Of a DNA stretch of 64,000 nt, positions 39,166 through 54,186 are shown one piece after another (positions within the stretch are counted from its first letter, which is position 1; the number at the start of each line of letters is the position of its first letter). The stretch is taken from positions 35,025 through 99,024 of the forward strand of contig CAXHJY010001040.1 of the NCBI GenBank assembly GCA_964016885.1. Direction: 5' to 3'. A model generated the notes under the pieces. It made no database searches and had not been told where the DNA came from. It was given only the letters and a program-made list of their open reading frames with translations. Both the position numbers and the translations under genes were made by a program. This DNA comes from Eledone cirrhosa (taxonomy: Eukaryota).

Positions 39166-42100
39166 TATATATATATATATGAGAGAGCACAGCTCTGATA
39201 CTATGGACATGGTTAGAATGTTTCAGGAAAGAATCGCTGAACAGATTTTAAGGGCAAAACCAACTGGCTGGAGACCGAGGGGTAGACCTCGAGCAAGATG
39301 GTTGGATAACATCAATGAGCTTGGCTGGTCTCAGTTGTGTAGCAACATCATCGTCAACTTCTATAAGGGCAAAGAAGATCTAGTAGAAAGGGGAAATTAC
39401 GGAGGCTTCAAACACTTGGATCGGTTTATAGTGTTTACAGAATAGTGTTTATGATATGTTGGAATTCGTGAATGGAGAGATGTTAGTTAAGATAAGATCT
39501 TGGGCACAGCAGATTCACTGGCCCGAGTCCTTTGGCCCAGCTGTAGCAGTACCTTAACAGACTAATGACTGTTAAAGCCAGGCATTGACTGACAACTGTC
39601 TCAGAGACCAGCAGAGTGAGAGGAAGGCAAGAGAAAGAAACTGAATTTGAGCTGGGCTTAATTAAATACCCATGTTTCATGATAGCTATTTCCAATTATG
39701 TTGTTATAGTTATTTTGGTCTACATTTCAAAATCCACGGAATTACCAGTGATAATTTCACAGTCAAAGCTTAACTCCTTTCTCTAACAAACTGTGGTGAC
39801 TATTTTAATACTAGTTTCTCTTCCAGCATTAATTATGTCATCCAGGTAACAGAACAAAAAACATCTCGTTACTTTGACAAACTACTTCAAAATGATTTCT
39901 CTCTCTCTCTCACTCCAAAATCTGCGAACCAGATCAAAATCTTGGATTTTCTCACAGCTAGCACTAATATAAAGCTTTCAATTCCTCATGATAATTTTAG
40001 TTGGTGATTTTATGGGGAAAGTTAACCAGCAGGAGACCCAGGGGTAGACAATATCCATAAGTTCAGTTGGTCTTACTTCTGAAGACAGTTGCTTCTGACA
40101 AGACTCTCTGGAAGGCATGTCTGAGGATTCTCCACCCATGACCATTTTGAGACAAAAAAGAGGAAAGAGAAGAAAAAAGAGGAGAAGGAAGAAGAGGAGA
40201 ATTTTAATATTTTAACATTTCTCCAGGCTCTCCTACTTTACACAACTGATAAAAAAAAAGTAAAACATTTTGCATCTTCGATGCAATTATCATTTTTGTT
40301 ACTTCTCAACTATAACTATTTTATACCATTCATTCTCCAATTGCTGGCTACTTTGATCACCACCAGCAACACTTAAGTCAAATATAATAAAGTCTTTCCA
40401 ACACCTCAAACTCCTTAGTCATTCAAACACAGCAGAAGGTTGGACTTTTGCCAATTTTCTACAGATTAACACTGGCAACAAAGAAATTTCTATCATAACC
40501 CTACCAAAAATACAATCAACAAACCCCTCCTAGGTGTGAGACAAAATACAGTTTTCATTCATCATATTGCCAACTGCAGTCATGCATTTTCTTCTTTGCC
40601 AAATGTATCTTTACCAACTTAAGATATCTTTCATTGCTTATTACACTACTCTATTAGCAGCACTTTTTGTACATCCTGATTTGATATGTTCAACACCTAA
40701 TCTGCTTGTTTGTATGTATATGTGTGATGTCCGAATGAGTATCCTCCACCTCTAACTATTTTACCTGCTGCCTCTTAGTCCTAGCCGAGAGGATGGAGAA
40801 TACGTTACCCTCAGAGGACGGGGAGGGAGACACACTAGAACAGCCACTCCGCATCATGGGGCTCGCACCTGTGGGCAGCCAACTCCACTCCAATACTCAT
40901 GAGCAGAGATGTGGTCTGGAGGCCAAGCACTGTAGCCACCAGTCTCTAACCAAACAGAGTTTATTCCAATATTTTACTTTTTTTGCAAATGCAGTACATC
41001 ATGAGTTTCTTCAGACTCTACTGTTTTACTATTTCATATAATGTCATGTAGAGGCTGTATTTCAGGCTTATCAAACCTACTGGCATAGATGACAAACTAA
41101 CAAGGGATTCTCTGTTTAGTTGCACAACCTGATGAAAATAGCAGCAAAATCTTTTTCAAATTACATTCTACCATTTTAAATCCATTCTTATCAAATTTCT
41201 TATGAAATACACTGCCTAGGTGTTTTAATTACTTTTGATTATAATTTATAAATAGGAGGAATTTAATGAAATTTTTATTAGTAAGCTGATATTTAGAACA
41301 TTATTCAACAAAAGTTTCTTTAACAAAATTGATAGAAGGATTTAATATAAGGATAAATATTTTAAAATTAATTTTGTATCATAAATCAATGGTGGTTTCA
41401 GGTGGCTTGGTATCAAAAAGGGTTAACAAAAAAAAAGAGTTGACACTTTATATAATGTAATCCAAGATACACTACAAGACAGGATGTTCATGGCTGGAAT
41501 ACCTTTCATTCCATGTCTGATTGAAATATGACTGACCTAGGACAACAACATTAATAACAACCAGCATAGACTTTTATAGTTGTATACTCAGAAACTTTAT
41601 GACCATTGCAAATTTTGTTATTTAAATAATTTAAATATATCAACCCTTTCATTACCATATTTCTAATGAAATATGCAGTATTTTGATTAATTAATGAAGA
41701 ATTTGGAGGAATTTACTAAAATTATTAACTACTACATTATTAAATTAGTATTTGTAAACAAATGCTTTAATTTAATTAGGAACCCTTTGAAATGGGTGCT
41801 TTTGTTTCATAGGACCAGAGGTGGTTTTGGGGGCAGGTTGGTATCAAAAGAGTTAAAATTATTACATTCACCAGTATAATGGGAATAATAATTTTGAAAT
41901 ATTCTAAGTCAAAATAAAAATCTCTTGAGTTCAGTATGGGCTGAAGGAAAAGTTAAAGTAAAAAATTTGCCACTAGAAGATAATCAAAAAGCATATTCAA
42001 CCATAATAATACACCATGTTTCTGTAACTCTTTAAAATTTACACACACAATGCATTTCCCATATCAGTTATGCTGCTATAATAAGAAATTTGCTTTCCAA

Positions 42101-43929
42101 TCACAAGGTGTTAGGTTCTAACCCTTCATTTATCCTTGCAAATAGTTATTTATCCAATTATTTATACATTTAAACCTGTATGTCATTTATACATACTCAC
42201 TGAACATTTATGTAATCATATCCTAGAAATGAATTATAGGAATATTATCTTATTTCCATGTGTCACTAATCAACATAACCTATTCAGTTTCTCTTATGCA
42301 AATTTCCTAGTTTTTATTATTGTTTATATATCCAATAATCCTGGTACATATGACATACCAATCCTAGACTAAAAAGATTAAATATGTTCAATGCTATTGT
42401 CGTCATTATTGATGGCATAAGTTCACTTGTGATCCAAATATAATGTAAGTAAAAACAAAATATTAATTTAATAATTTAATCTTTGTTACAGTAACGACTT
42501 TTTTAAAAATTACAAATAGAATAATTTGAAATTTTATCTTTAATATTTATGTCACAAATTAAATGCTTATGATAAACCTCTTAACTCTGATTTAGCCAAA
42601 AATAACTAAAAACATGTTTGTTATAATAAATGTCTATAGTATCTCTACTAGAGAACAGATTGTTGTGAACATTTGCTGTATTAATGTAAAGACTTTAATT
42701 TTTGATGTGTTACAATCATAATACAGATTTGTACTTTTTAAGATGACTTGCTTACACGGTTTCATGTGATACAGGATGTTAAGAGCTAATAATAATCGAT
42801 CCATGATAGTAAAAAATGGATAAGATTACACAGCAATATATACAAAATTAATACACATTCAAACTTATGGACTTATATACATACATACCTCTACACTCCT
42901 TTATAACATCTAGATAAATACAATAGAAAAATAGTTTTTTGACAAAATTGAAAATATATTTCAACTCTTCAAATACAAAAAGAAATGAAAATAGAAAAAG
43001 GAAATGCAGCTTCTAAAGAAAATCTATGGTTAAACCATAAAATAGCAAATTCATATTTCATCAGCAAATACCTTCAAGATATGTCATGGACAAATGTTAT
43101 GCTCATATGATATATAAAATCATAGGAAAACAAAACAAGATATTTATAGTTAACTGTGGAATAAAACACAGCATTAATTTCACTTTCACGCACACACACA
43201 AAACATTTCCATTCAAGGATTAAAAATAACATCTAATTGAACAGACATTTATTTTGGTAACAGAGAAAATATAAATGAAGGCAAAAATCAACCAGAAAAT
43301 GGTATCCTCCACTGGTTATTGATATAAAAATAATGTCAATATTGAAAATTTCAATTAAAGGAAAGTATATGTATGTATGTGTACCCACATGTGTGTGTGT
43401 ATAAGTGTGCAGGGTTTAAGGAAACTTTAGAACTTAACAAATCTTTGAGGCAGGTGTCATGACCCAGTGTTTCATAGTCTCTGAGTCTGAAAAGCATTTG
43501 TGATAGCTATTTTTTAACATTTTATGTAAGTGCATGTAGCATTTGGCACACAATGTAAACTTACTGCACAAAGTTAGATTTAGAACTACACAGGCAGGGA
43601 TAAACGGCATGTTAAAATAGCGAGCGTGTGCATGTGTGTGTGTAAATATATCATCATTCTCCTTTTTACATGTCTGCAAGATGTCTTTTCTGGCAAGTTT
43701 TTCTATGGTCAGATGCCTTTCCAGGAATCAACTATCTTATTGTAAGTACAGTATATGCCACTAACATTTTTATAGTTTTGTAGGGTGAATTGCTAATACT
43801 AACCTTATTTTAAGTCTGAACTATATATGCATTCACTATCGATAAGATAGTTACTTTTTTTTTTAAGAGGCAGGGTCATTTATTTCTTAAAAGCTCTTTT
43901 GAGATTGAATTTATTTTCATTAAGGTATA

Positions 43930-43987
43930 ACCATGACTAGTCCGAGCTGAGGATCCGCTAAGGTGAAACAATTGTTCTCGGTATGGT
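43930..43987 (+). ncRNA. Minimal type I hammerhead ribozyme with palindromic stem III
   Basis: CCGAG-CTGAGGA-tCC gctaa GGt-GAAA-CAATTG-TT-CTCGG, outer pairing ACCAT/ATGGT, GUU triplet. Confidence 0.7.
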
Positions 43988-44042
43988 GAACTGTTGTGTT
44001 ACCACTTCGACATATATATATAGAAATATATACATATATATA

Positions 44043-44733
44043 TCATCATCATCATCATTTAACGTCCATCTTCCACGCCTGCATGGGTTTGGACGGGAGT
44101 TTTCCCACTTGAGGCAAGAGTGGTTGTCTTGCTCGCATAGGACTGTCTGGCGGGTTTTCTACAGCTGGGTGCCCTTCCTAACACCAACCACATTTACAGC
44201 GTGGGACTGGGAGGTTTTTACCATGTTGCCTACACGGCCACATTACAGCGTGGACTGTGTGTTTTTTTGTCGTGACACCTACACGACCTCATTTGTTTCG
44301 GACTGGATGTTGTGCTACCAACATAACTTTACATTGAAAGGGGTGGTGTGGATGGGGTGGGGGTAGTGGGACGGGGGTGTATTTGTTAGAGGTGCCTACT
44401 GACTGTAGTAGGTTTCACTTTGTACTTAGGTAAGGTGGGTCTTCTGTATTACTGTGTAGCGCCAAAGATCTCGGTCCAGTGACATTGTCTTGGAGAGGTG
44501 TAAGTGTGTGAGGACGGAATTTATCAAGTCGTCCCAGGCTTTTCTGGGTCTGCCTACTCCGTGGCTACCGTCTATTTTTATCGCCCTGCACTTTGTTATA
44601 CATCTGTCGTCTTTCATGCTCATCACGTGACCATACCAACGTAGTCTTCTCTCGAGTAAACAACATCTGATCCCTCATTTCTAATTTTTCCCTTAGTTCG
44701 TTTATGCTTTGCCGTTCACGTATATTACTATTA
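44043..44733 (-). mobile_element. Short 3' fragment of the same RTE subfamily, in tandem with the next copy
   Basis: Parallels 44766-45449; (GAT)n tail. Confidence 0.88.
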
Positions 44734-44765
44734 TACATATATATATGTATATATGTATGTATATA

Positions 44766-46327
44766 TCATCATCATCAACGTTTAACGTCCGTGTTCCACG
44801 CTTGCATGGGTTTGGACGGGGGTTTTCCCACTTGAGGCAAGAGTCATTGTCTTGCTCGCATAGGACTGTCTGGCTGGTTTTCTACAGCTGGATGCCCTTC
44901 CTAACACCAACCACATTTACAGTGTGGGGCTGGGAGGTTTTTACCGTGTTGCTTACACGGCCACATTACAGCGTGGACTGTGTGTTTTTTGTCGTGACAC
45001 CTACACGATCTCATTTGTTTCGGCCTGGATGTTGTGGCACCAACATAACTTTACATTGAAAGGGGCGGTGTGGATGGGGTGGGGGTGGTGGGACGGGGGT
45101 GTGTTTTGTTAGAGATGCCTACTGACTGTAGTGGGTTTTACTTTGTATTTAGGTAAGGCGGGTCTTCTCTATTACCGCCAAAGGTCTCGGTCCAGTGACA
45201 TTGTCTTGGAGAGGTGTAAGCGTGTGAGGTCGGAATTTATCATGTCGTCCCAGGTTTTTCTGGGTTTGCCTACGCCGTGGCTACCGTCTATCTTTATTGC
45301 CCTGCACTTTGTTATACAGCTGTCGTCTTTCATGCGCATCACGTGACCATACCAACGTAGCCTTCTCTCGAGTAAACAACATCTGATCCCTCTTATTTCT
45401 AATTTTTTCCTTAGTTCGTTTATGCTTAGCCGTTCACGTATATTACTATTACACATCCAGCGGAGCATGCAAGCTTCGTTCCTCTCTAGTCTGCGTATAT
45501 CCTCTGCACACAATGCCCAGGTCACTGCCATGCAGCATTGCTGTTCGTATGCAGGCATCATATAACCTGCCTTTCATTTTTAGGGAGAACCCTTTAGCGG
45601 CTAATAGTGGTATAAGCTCTCTGAACTTTTTCCATCCAGTTCTGACTCTAGCTACTGTACTTTCAGAGCACCCTCCCCCACTGCTGATTTTGTCACCCAG
45701 GTAACGGAAGCTGTCCACTATTTCTATAGAACCCTCTGCGCAATTGAAAGAGCTAGTATTTTGTGGGCACTTGCTGCTACTTATTGCACCAGAGCACCGG
45801 CCACATGTAAAATCTATGTTCTTAGTTAGCTTACCTGTGATCCCACTACATCTTTTATGCACCCATACTTTGCATTTGGGACATAAAATGGAGTTTCTAC
45901 CTACGCCTTTCCTACACACTGAGCATGGCCACTTCCCGGAAGGGACCGCCACCTTATTCTCTTTCCTACAAACTAGAACTTTAGTCTTAGCCAGGTTAAT
46001 TTTAAGGCCTTTTGATTCTAGGCCGTGCTTCCATGTTTGGAATTTCTTCTCTAGCTCGGCCATTGATTCAGCTATGAGCGTTAGATCATCTGCGTATAGG
46101 AGTTCCCATGGGCAGCCGGTCTTGAACTCCTCTGTTATAGCCTGAAGGGCAATAATAAATAGTAGGGAGCTAAGAACAGAGCCCTGATGGACACCAACTT
46201 TTACGCTAAACTCTTCACTATATTCGTTGTTAATTCTAACCTTGCTGACTGTTTCTTTATACATGGCTTGTATAGCTCTCACAAGCCATTCGTCAACACC
46301 TAGTTTTCTAAAAGCCCACCAGATAAT
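44766..46327 (-). mobile_element. 5'-truncated RTE LINE
   Basis: 277-aa ORF with GVHQGSVLS and LLYADD; (GAT)n tail. Confidence 0.92.
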
Positions 46328-46847
46328 GAAGAATATTAATTATTTTACCACAGTTCGTCCTCATCGATTTAAAATAATAAATCGACAAAAACTAGCTGCG
46401 CTGCCAAATGGCTATGATGTTTATACATATTTAAATTTCAAAATCAAACCTGTTCCGTAGATAAGTTTAAACCTTAAAATCCAAACATGTTTCGAGATGA
46501 ATAAGTGTATAAGTGTAGGAATATCATGCCACTGCTCTCCTCAGTAAACATCCAGAGACAATTGATAAGCTTCACTTCTAAATAATTTAAAAGACTGTGT
46601 GACGCACATGGGTTCACAGATTCAAGCTAGTCTCATAACCGTACTGCTAGAAATAACAGTCGTATATATGAGGCGAATTTCAGCTGTATATACATATGTA
46701 TATACATATATATATATACATATACATATATATATACATATATATATATATATCAGAAGCCAGAGGCCTATACTATCGCTTGCCTGGTTGCCTTTCGATA
46801 TATGATGGATGGATGGACTGCGGAATCCTGGAGAGTGGAGGAGAGAG

Positions 46848-46994
46848 AGACTAATTTGCATAGAACGTGAGTCATTGTACGCACCGGTTCAGCGGAGACG
46901 ATAAAAACGAAATTTAATTTCGTTTCGTTATTCGTTTTTATCGTCTCCGCTGAACCGGTGCGTACAATGACTCACGTTCTATGCAAATTAGTCT
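46848..46994. repeat. Perfect 64-bp inverted repeat with a 19-bp loop
   Basis: 46848-46911 is the exact reverse complement of 46931-46994. Confidence 0.95.
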
Positions 46995-47045
46995 GCCCAC
47001 TACTGATTTTCATAGAAAAAGCATATAACGATATGTGCTTTTACA

Positions 47046-47141
47046 ATTCTCCAGAGAAGCTGGAAAGATAGGTATATATTGCTGATGAGATGTAATAACA
47101 TCGAAACTAGTCCAATATTCCTGTCTGGCTCTCTGGAGAAT
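47046..47141 (+). ncRNA. Minimal type I hammerhead ribozyme with extended stem I
   Basis: ATATTG-CTGATGA-GATGT aata ACATC-GAAA-CTAG-TC-CAATAT, GUC triplet. Outer helices AGATAGG/CCTGTCT and ATTCTCCAGAGA/TCTCTGGAGAAT. Confidence 0.85.
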
Positions 47142-47444
47142 AGAGGAAATGTGTTTCCTTGAAAACTCGTATGACTCTAAAACCCGGTTCGTCTGTTTAC
47201 ATACAGACTAGCTGGACACTCACTGTAAAGTGTCTAGTGAAAAGCTCGGTACATGTACATATGTATACATATGTGTATTTATATGCATACTAATACTTCC
47301 GTATACATATATAGATGTACACTTTAACTTAATTGTTTATATATATATACATATACATATATATATATACATAAATATATATACATATATATATATACAT
47401 ATATATATATACATATATACATATATACATATATATATATATAA

Positions 47445-48975
47445 TCATCATCATCATCATCGTTTTACATCCGTTCTTCCATGCTAGCATGGGTTAGACG
47501 GGTTGTCCTGTTGTGGGCAGTGTCTGGTCGGCTGACCATGCCTTGCTCATACAGGAACTGATTTGGCTTGATTTCTATAGCTGGATGCCCTTCCTAACAC
47601 CAACCTCATTTACAGTGAGTGCTGGGTGCTTTTTCGTGGCGCCTACACGTCCACTTTACAGTGTGGGCTGGGTGCTTTTTTGCCATGGCACCTCCACGAC
47701 CACCTTGCAGTGGGGGGTGTGGGGGCATATTGTCTATATGCTTCAGCTTGTACCCATGGGAGGTCGGGTACTCTGTATTACTGCGTGACGCCAGGGGTCA
47801 CGTTCGTGTGTCATCGCCTTTGAGAGGTGTAATTGGGTAAGGTCGGCTTTTATCACCTCATCCCAGGTCATCTTGGGTCTCCCCACTCCGCGGTTTCCAT
47901 CGACTTCTAGTGCTCTGCACATTTTTATGCAATTGTCATCCTTCATACGCATCACATGTCCATACCAACGCAACCGCCTCTCCTGCACACAGCATTTGAT
48001 TCCTCTTATGCTCAGTCTCTCTCTTTTCATTTATGCTTTGTCGTTCGCGTATATTACTGTTACACATCCATCGGAGCATGCAGGCCTGGTTTTTCTCTAA
48101 TCTACGTAAGTCTTCCACCTTCAACGTACAGGTCTCACTACCATGCAACATCGCTGTTCGGATACACGCATCATATAGTCTGCCTTTCATTTTGAGGGAG
48201 AAGCCTTTTGCAGCTAGCAGTGGTAGTAGTTCCCTAAACTTCTTCCATCCCGTTCTTACCCTAGTTATTGTACTTTCTGAACACCCACCTCCACTGCTAA
48301 TTCGGTCACCTAGGTAGCAGAAGCTGTCTACTGTTTCTACAGCGCCCTCCCAGAGATTGGTGGTACTTGTTTCCTGTGGCTGTTTGCTGCTTGCTGTCCC
48401 AGCACAGCTGATGCATGTCAAGCCTACATTCTTAATTAAGCTTCCTGAGATCCCGCTACATCTCTTAAACTCCTCCGTTATTGCCTGCAGGATTATGATG
48501 AACAGGAGGGGGCTAAGAACAGAGCCCTGGTGGACCCCAACCTGTACGCTAAATTCCTCGCTATACTCATTGCTAATCCTAACTTTGCGGACTGTTCCCC
48601 TATACATGGCTTGTACCGCTTTCACAAGCCATTCATCTACTCCTAGTTTTCTAAGAGCCCACCAGATTACAGCACGTGGAACTCTGTCAAAGGCTTTCTC
48701 AAGATCGATGAATGCCAGGTAGAGTGGCTTACTTTTAGCTAGGTACTTTTCCTGTAACTGTCTCACAAGGAAGAGGGCATCAGTGGTGCCTCTTCCTGGT
48801 ACAAACCCAAATTGCATCTCATCTAGTTTCACCCGGTCCCTAATCAACTGTGCTATAACTCTTTCTGTTACTTTCATGACCTGGTCCATCAGCTTTATAC
48901 CTCTATAGTTTCCTCTATCTAGTGCATCACCTTTACCTTTGTAGCAGTTGACAATGATGCTACTACACCAATCTT
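47445..48975 (-). mobile_element. RTE LINE copy, same subfamily as 56864-59891, 5'-truncated with an internal deletion
   Basis: Near-identical 3' UTR and ORF; the junction reads ITEEFK|RCSG. Confidence 0.92.
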
Positions 48976-49067
48976 ATACATACATATATATATACATATA
49001 TACATACATATACATATACATATATACATATATACATATATACATATATATATACATATATATATAC

Positions 49068-49098
<31 letters not shown>

Positions 49099-49235
49099 CA
49101 TATATATATACATATATATATACATATATATATATACATATATATATATACATATACATACATATATACATACATATACATATACATATACATACATATA
49201 CATACATATATATACATATACATACATATATATAC

Positions 49236-49268
<33 letters not shown>

Positions 49269-49494
49269 CATATACATATACATACATACATACATATACA
49301 TATATACATATACATACATACATACATATACATATACATACATACATATATACATACATACATATACATATATATACATATATACATACATACATATACA
49401 TATATACATATATATACATATATATATATATACATACATATACACATATATATATACATACATATACACATATATATATACATACATATACACA

Positions 49495-49526
<32 letters not shown>

Positions 49527-49860
49527 CATATACACATATATATATACATACATATATACATATATATATACATATACACATACATATATATATATATACA
49601 TACATATATATATACATACATACATATATACATACATATATATATATACATACATATATATATACATACATACATATATACATACATATATATATACATA
49701 CATACATATATACATACATATATATATATATACATACATATATATATACATACATACATATATATATACATACATATATATATACATACATACATATATA
49801 TACATATACATACATACATATATATATACATATACATACATATATATATACATATATACA
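48976..49860. repeat. (TA)/(TACA) compound microsatellite
   Basis: Direct inspection. Confidence 0.95.
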
Positions 49861-50280
49861 CATAGTGCTGGACCCATGGTACCATGTGACGACAAGTGCA
49901 GAGAGATCTCCAGATATAAAGCAATGCCTGTGCCGTGAAGCTTTTATAGTGAGCAAAGGCACTGCACAAAGCCAGTCCCACTCTCTTAACCAAGATGATA
50001 TTTACCAAAAAGAACAAGTCAACATCATTGGATACCATCAGGGTTGCAGGTGTTATATCAGAGTTTTCCTTCTCCTAGAATTCTGCCTTGACAAAGGCTA
50101 AGGGGTCATCTCTCCCGGATATATACATATATATATACATATACATAAACATATATATATATATATACATATATGTATACATATATATATATATACATAT
50201 ATATATACATACATATACATACATATATACATATATATATACATATATACATACATATATACATATATACATACATATAT

Positions 50281-50503
50281 GTGAAGGCGTGTGGCTGGGT
50301 GGTTAGAGAATTGGATTCACAATCGTAAGGTTGTGAGTTCGATTCCTGGACCAGGTGATGCGTTATGTCCTTGAGCAAGACACTTTATTTCACGTTGCTC
50401 CTTCTACCTGGAGTTGCGACCGATAGATAGTATTAGCAATTGGAAAGACCAACGGAAACATTGTTCCCTCGGTCCGATTTGACGAAAGTCGATCGATTAG
50501 AGA
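50281..50503 (+). mobile_element. tRNA-derived SINE, same family as 7163
   Basis: A and B boxes plus a near-identical body. Confidence 0.8.
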
Positions 50504-50826
50504 TACATATATACATACACCACCCCGTTCTATGTAAAGTTATGTTGGTGCCACACCATCCAGGCCGAAACAAATGAGATCATGTAGGTGTCACGACAAA
50601 AAAACACACAGTCCACGCTGTAATGTGGCCGTGTAGGCAACACGGTAAAAACCTCCCAGACCCACACTGTAAATGTGGTTGGTGTTAGGAAGGGCATCCA
50701 ACTGTAGAAAACCTGCCAGACAGTCCTATGCGAGCAAGACAGTCACTCTTGCCTCAAGTGGGACTACCCCCATCCAAACCCATGCAAGCGTGGAACATGG
50801 ACGTTAAACGTTGATGATGATGATGA

Positions 50827-50925
50827 TATATATATATATACATACATACATACATATATACATACATACATACATACATATACATATATATATATACATA
50901 TATATATATACATATATATATATAC

Positions 50926-50970
<45 letters not shown>

Positions 50971-52043
50971 CATATATATATATACATATATATACATATA
51001 TATACATATATATACATATATATATATACATATATATATACATATATATACATATATATATATACATATTTATATACATATATATATATACATATATATA
51101 TACATATATATACATATATATATATACATATATATACATATATATATATACATATATATATACATATATATATACATATATATATATACATATATATATA
51201 CATATATATATATACATATATATATACATATATATATACATACATATATACATACATATATATATACATACATATATACATACATATATATACATATATA
51301 TATACATACATATATACATACATATATACATACATATATATATATACATACATACATATATACATATATATATATATACATACATATATACATACATATA
51401 TACATACATATATACATACATACATATATACATACATATATACATACATACATATATATATACATATATATATACATATATATATATATACATATATATA
51501 TACATATATACATACATATATACATACATATATATATACATATATATATATACATATATATATATACATATATATATATACATATATATATACATACATA
51601 TATATATATACACACATATATATATACATATATATATACATATATATATACATATATATACACATATATATATACATATATATATATACATATATATATA
51701 CATATATATATACATATATATATATACATATATATATACATATATATATACATATATATATACACATATATATATACATATATATATACACATATATATA
51801 TACATATATATATACATATATATATATACATATATATATACATATATATATATACATATATATATACATATATATATACATATATATATACATATACATA
51901 TATATATACATATACATATATATATACATATACATATATATATACATATATATATACATATATATATACATATATATATACATATATATATACATATATA
52001 TACATATATATATACATATATATACATACATATATATATATAT

Positions 52044-52076
<33 letters not shown>

Positions 52077-52412
52077 CATACATATATATATATATATACA
52101 TACATATATATATATATACATACATATATATATACATACATATATATATATATATATACATACATATATATATATATATATACATACATATATATATATA
52201 TACATATATATATACATATATATATACATATACATATACATATACATATATATATACATATATATATACATATATATATACATATATATATACATACATA
52301 TATACATACATATATACATACATATATACATATATATATATACATACATATATACATACATATATACATACATATATACATACATATATACATACATATA
52401 TATATACATACA

Positions 52413-52462
<50 letters not shown>

Positions 52463-52709
52463 CATACATACATACATACATATATACATACATACATATA
52501 TACGTATATATATATGTACATATATATATACATATATATATACATATATATATACATATATATATACATATATATATACATATATATATACATATATATA
52601 TACATATATATATACATATATATATACATACATATATACATACATATATATATACACATATATATATACATATACATATACATATACATATATATATACA
52701 TATATATAT
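50827..52709. repeat. 1.9-kb (TA)/(TACA) compound microsatellite
   Basis: Direct inspection. Confidence 0.95.
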
Positions 52710-53154
52710 GGTGGCTGCCAACTCGTTTTCGAGTACGGCCACTACTTTATATCCATGTAGGAGAACCCCTACCGATGCGCTGAACGAGTGTGACTTTTTA
52801 GTCCAGACTTGAAAACTCTGGTACAAACACTACACTTGTGACAATTATTGACACATAGTGCAGGGCCCATGGTACCATGTGACGACAAGTGCAGAGAGAT
52901 CTCCAGATATAAAGCAATGCCTGTGCCGTGAAGCTTTTATAGTGAGCAAAGGCACTGCATAAAGCCACTCCCACTCTCTTAACCAAAATGATATTTACCA
53001 AAAAGAAGAACAAGTCAACATCATTGGATACCATCAGAGTTGCAGGTGTTATATCAGTTTTCCTTCTCCTAGAATTCTGCCTTGACAAAGGCTAAGGGGT
53101 CATCTCTCCCGGTGATTTTGGATGGCCATTGACTCTTAAGAACTCCTTTGCCCA
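52710..53154 (-). mobile_element. Short non-coding interspersed repeat, probably RTE 5' UTR-derived; partial second copy at 49860-50118
   Basis: About 260 bp shared in direct orientation. The minus-strand motif CTAGGAGAAGGAAAACT resembles RTE 5' UTRs (recalled, not searched). Confidence 0.5.
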
Positions 53155-53194
53155 TATATATATATACATACATATATATATATATACATACATA

Positions 53195-53228
<34 letters not shown>

Positions 53229-53245
53229 CATACATATATATATAC

Positions 53246-53318
<73 letters not shown>

Positions 53319-53656
53319 CATATATACATACATATATATATACATATATTTTTCTCTATATTTTAATACATATATTTACCACTGCGATTCTGTGTTTTTT
53401 TCTCTCTCTCTTACTGTTCCCCCATTCTCTCTGTTTCTCCCCTAAGGTATGCTAATTTTTCTGTTCTCCTGTCTCACTCGCTTTACGCGTTTTAATTGTC
53501 CTAATAACTTATTTTGGTTATTATTGCACCGAAGTGAGATATATGATTTTTAATGCAATGAAATATCTATGATCTTCGGCAAATCACTGATGAGGGACTT
53601 ATTTTATTACATGTTTCCATGTGCGACCTGCAGTATTTTTCTCTATATTTTAATAC

Positions 53657-54100
<444 letters not shown>

Positions 54101-54186
54101 GGAAAGTTATATTTAAATTGTTGGGTTACAGCTAGTAAATATTTATAACTGATATAAAAGTACTCAACAAGTATTTGGAGTATATT

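Noticed and set aside
46349-46364. ATGAGGACGAACTGTG|gtaaaa as a candidate PEX19 exon 1 (phase-compatible)
   Set aside because: Encodes MRTNC, lacks the conserved acidic/LLD motif, and such a short match is expected by chance.
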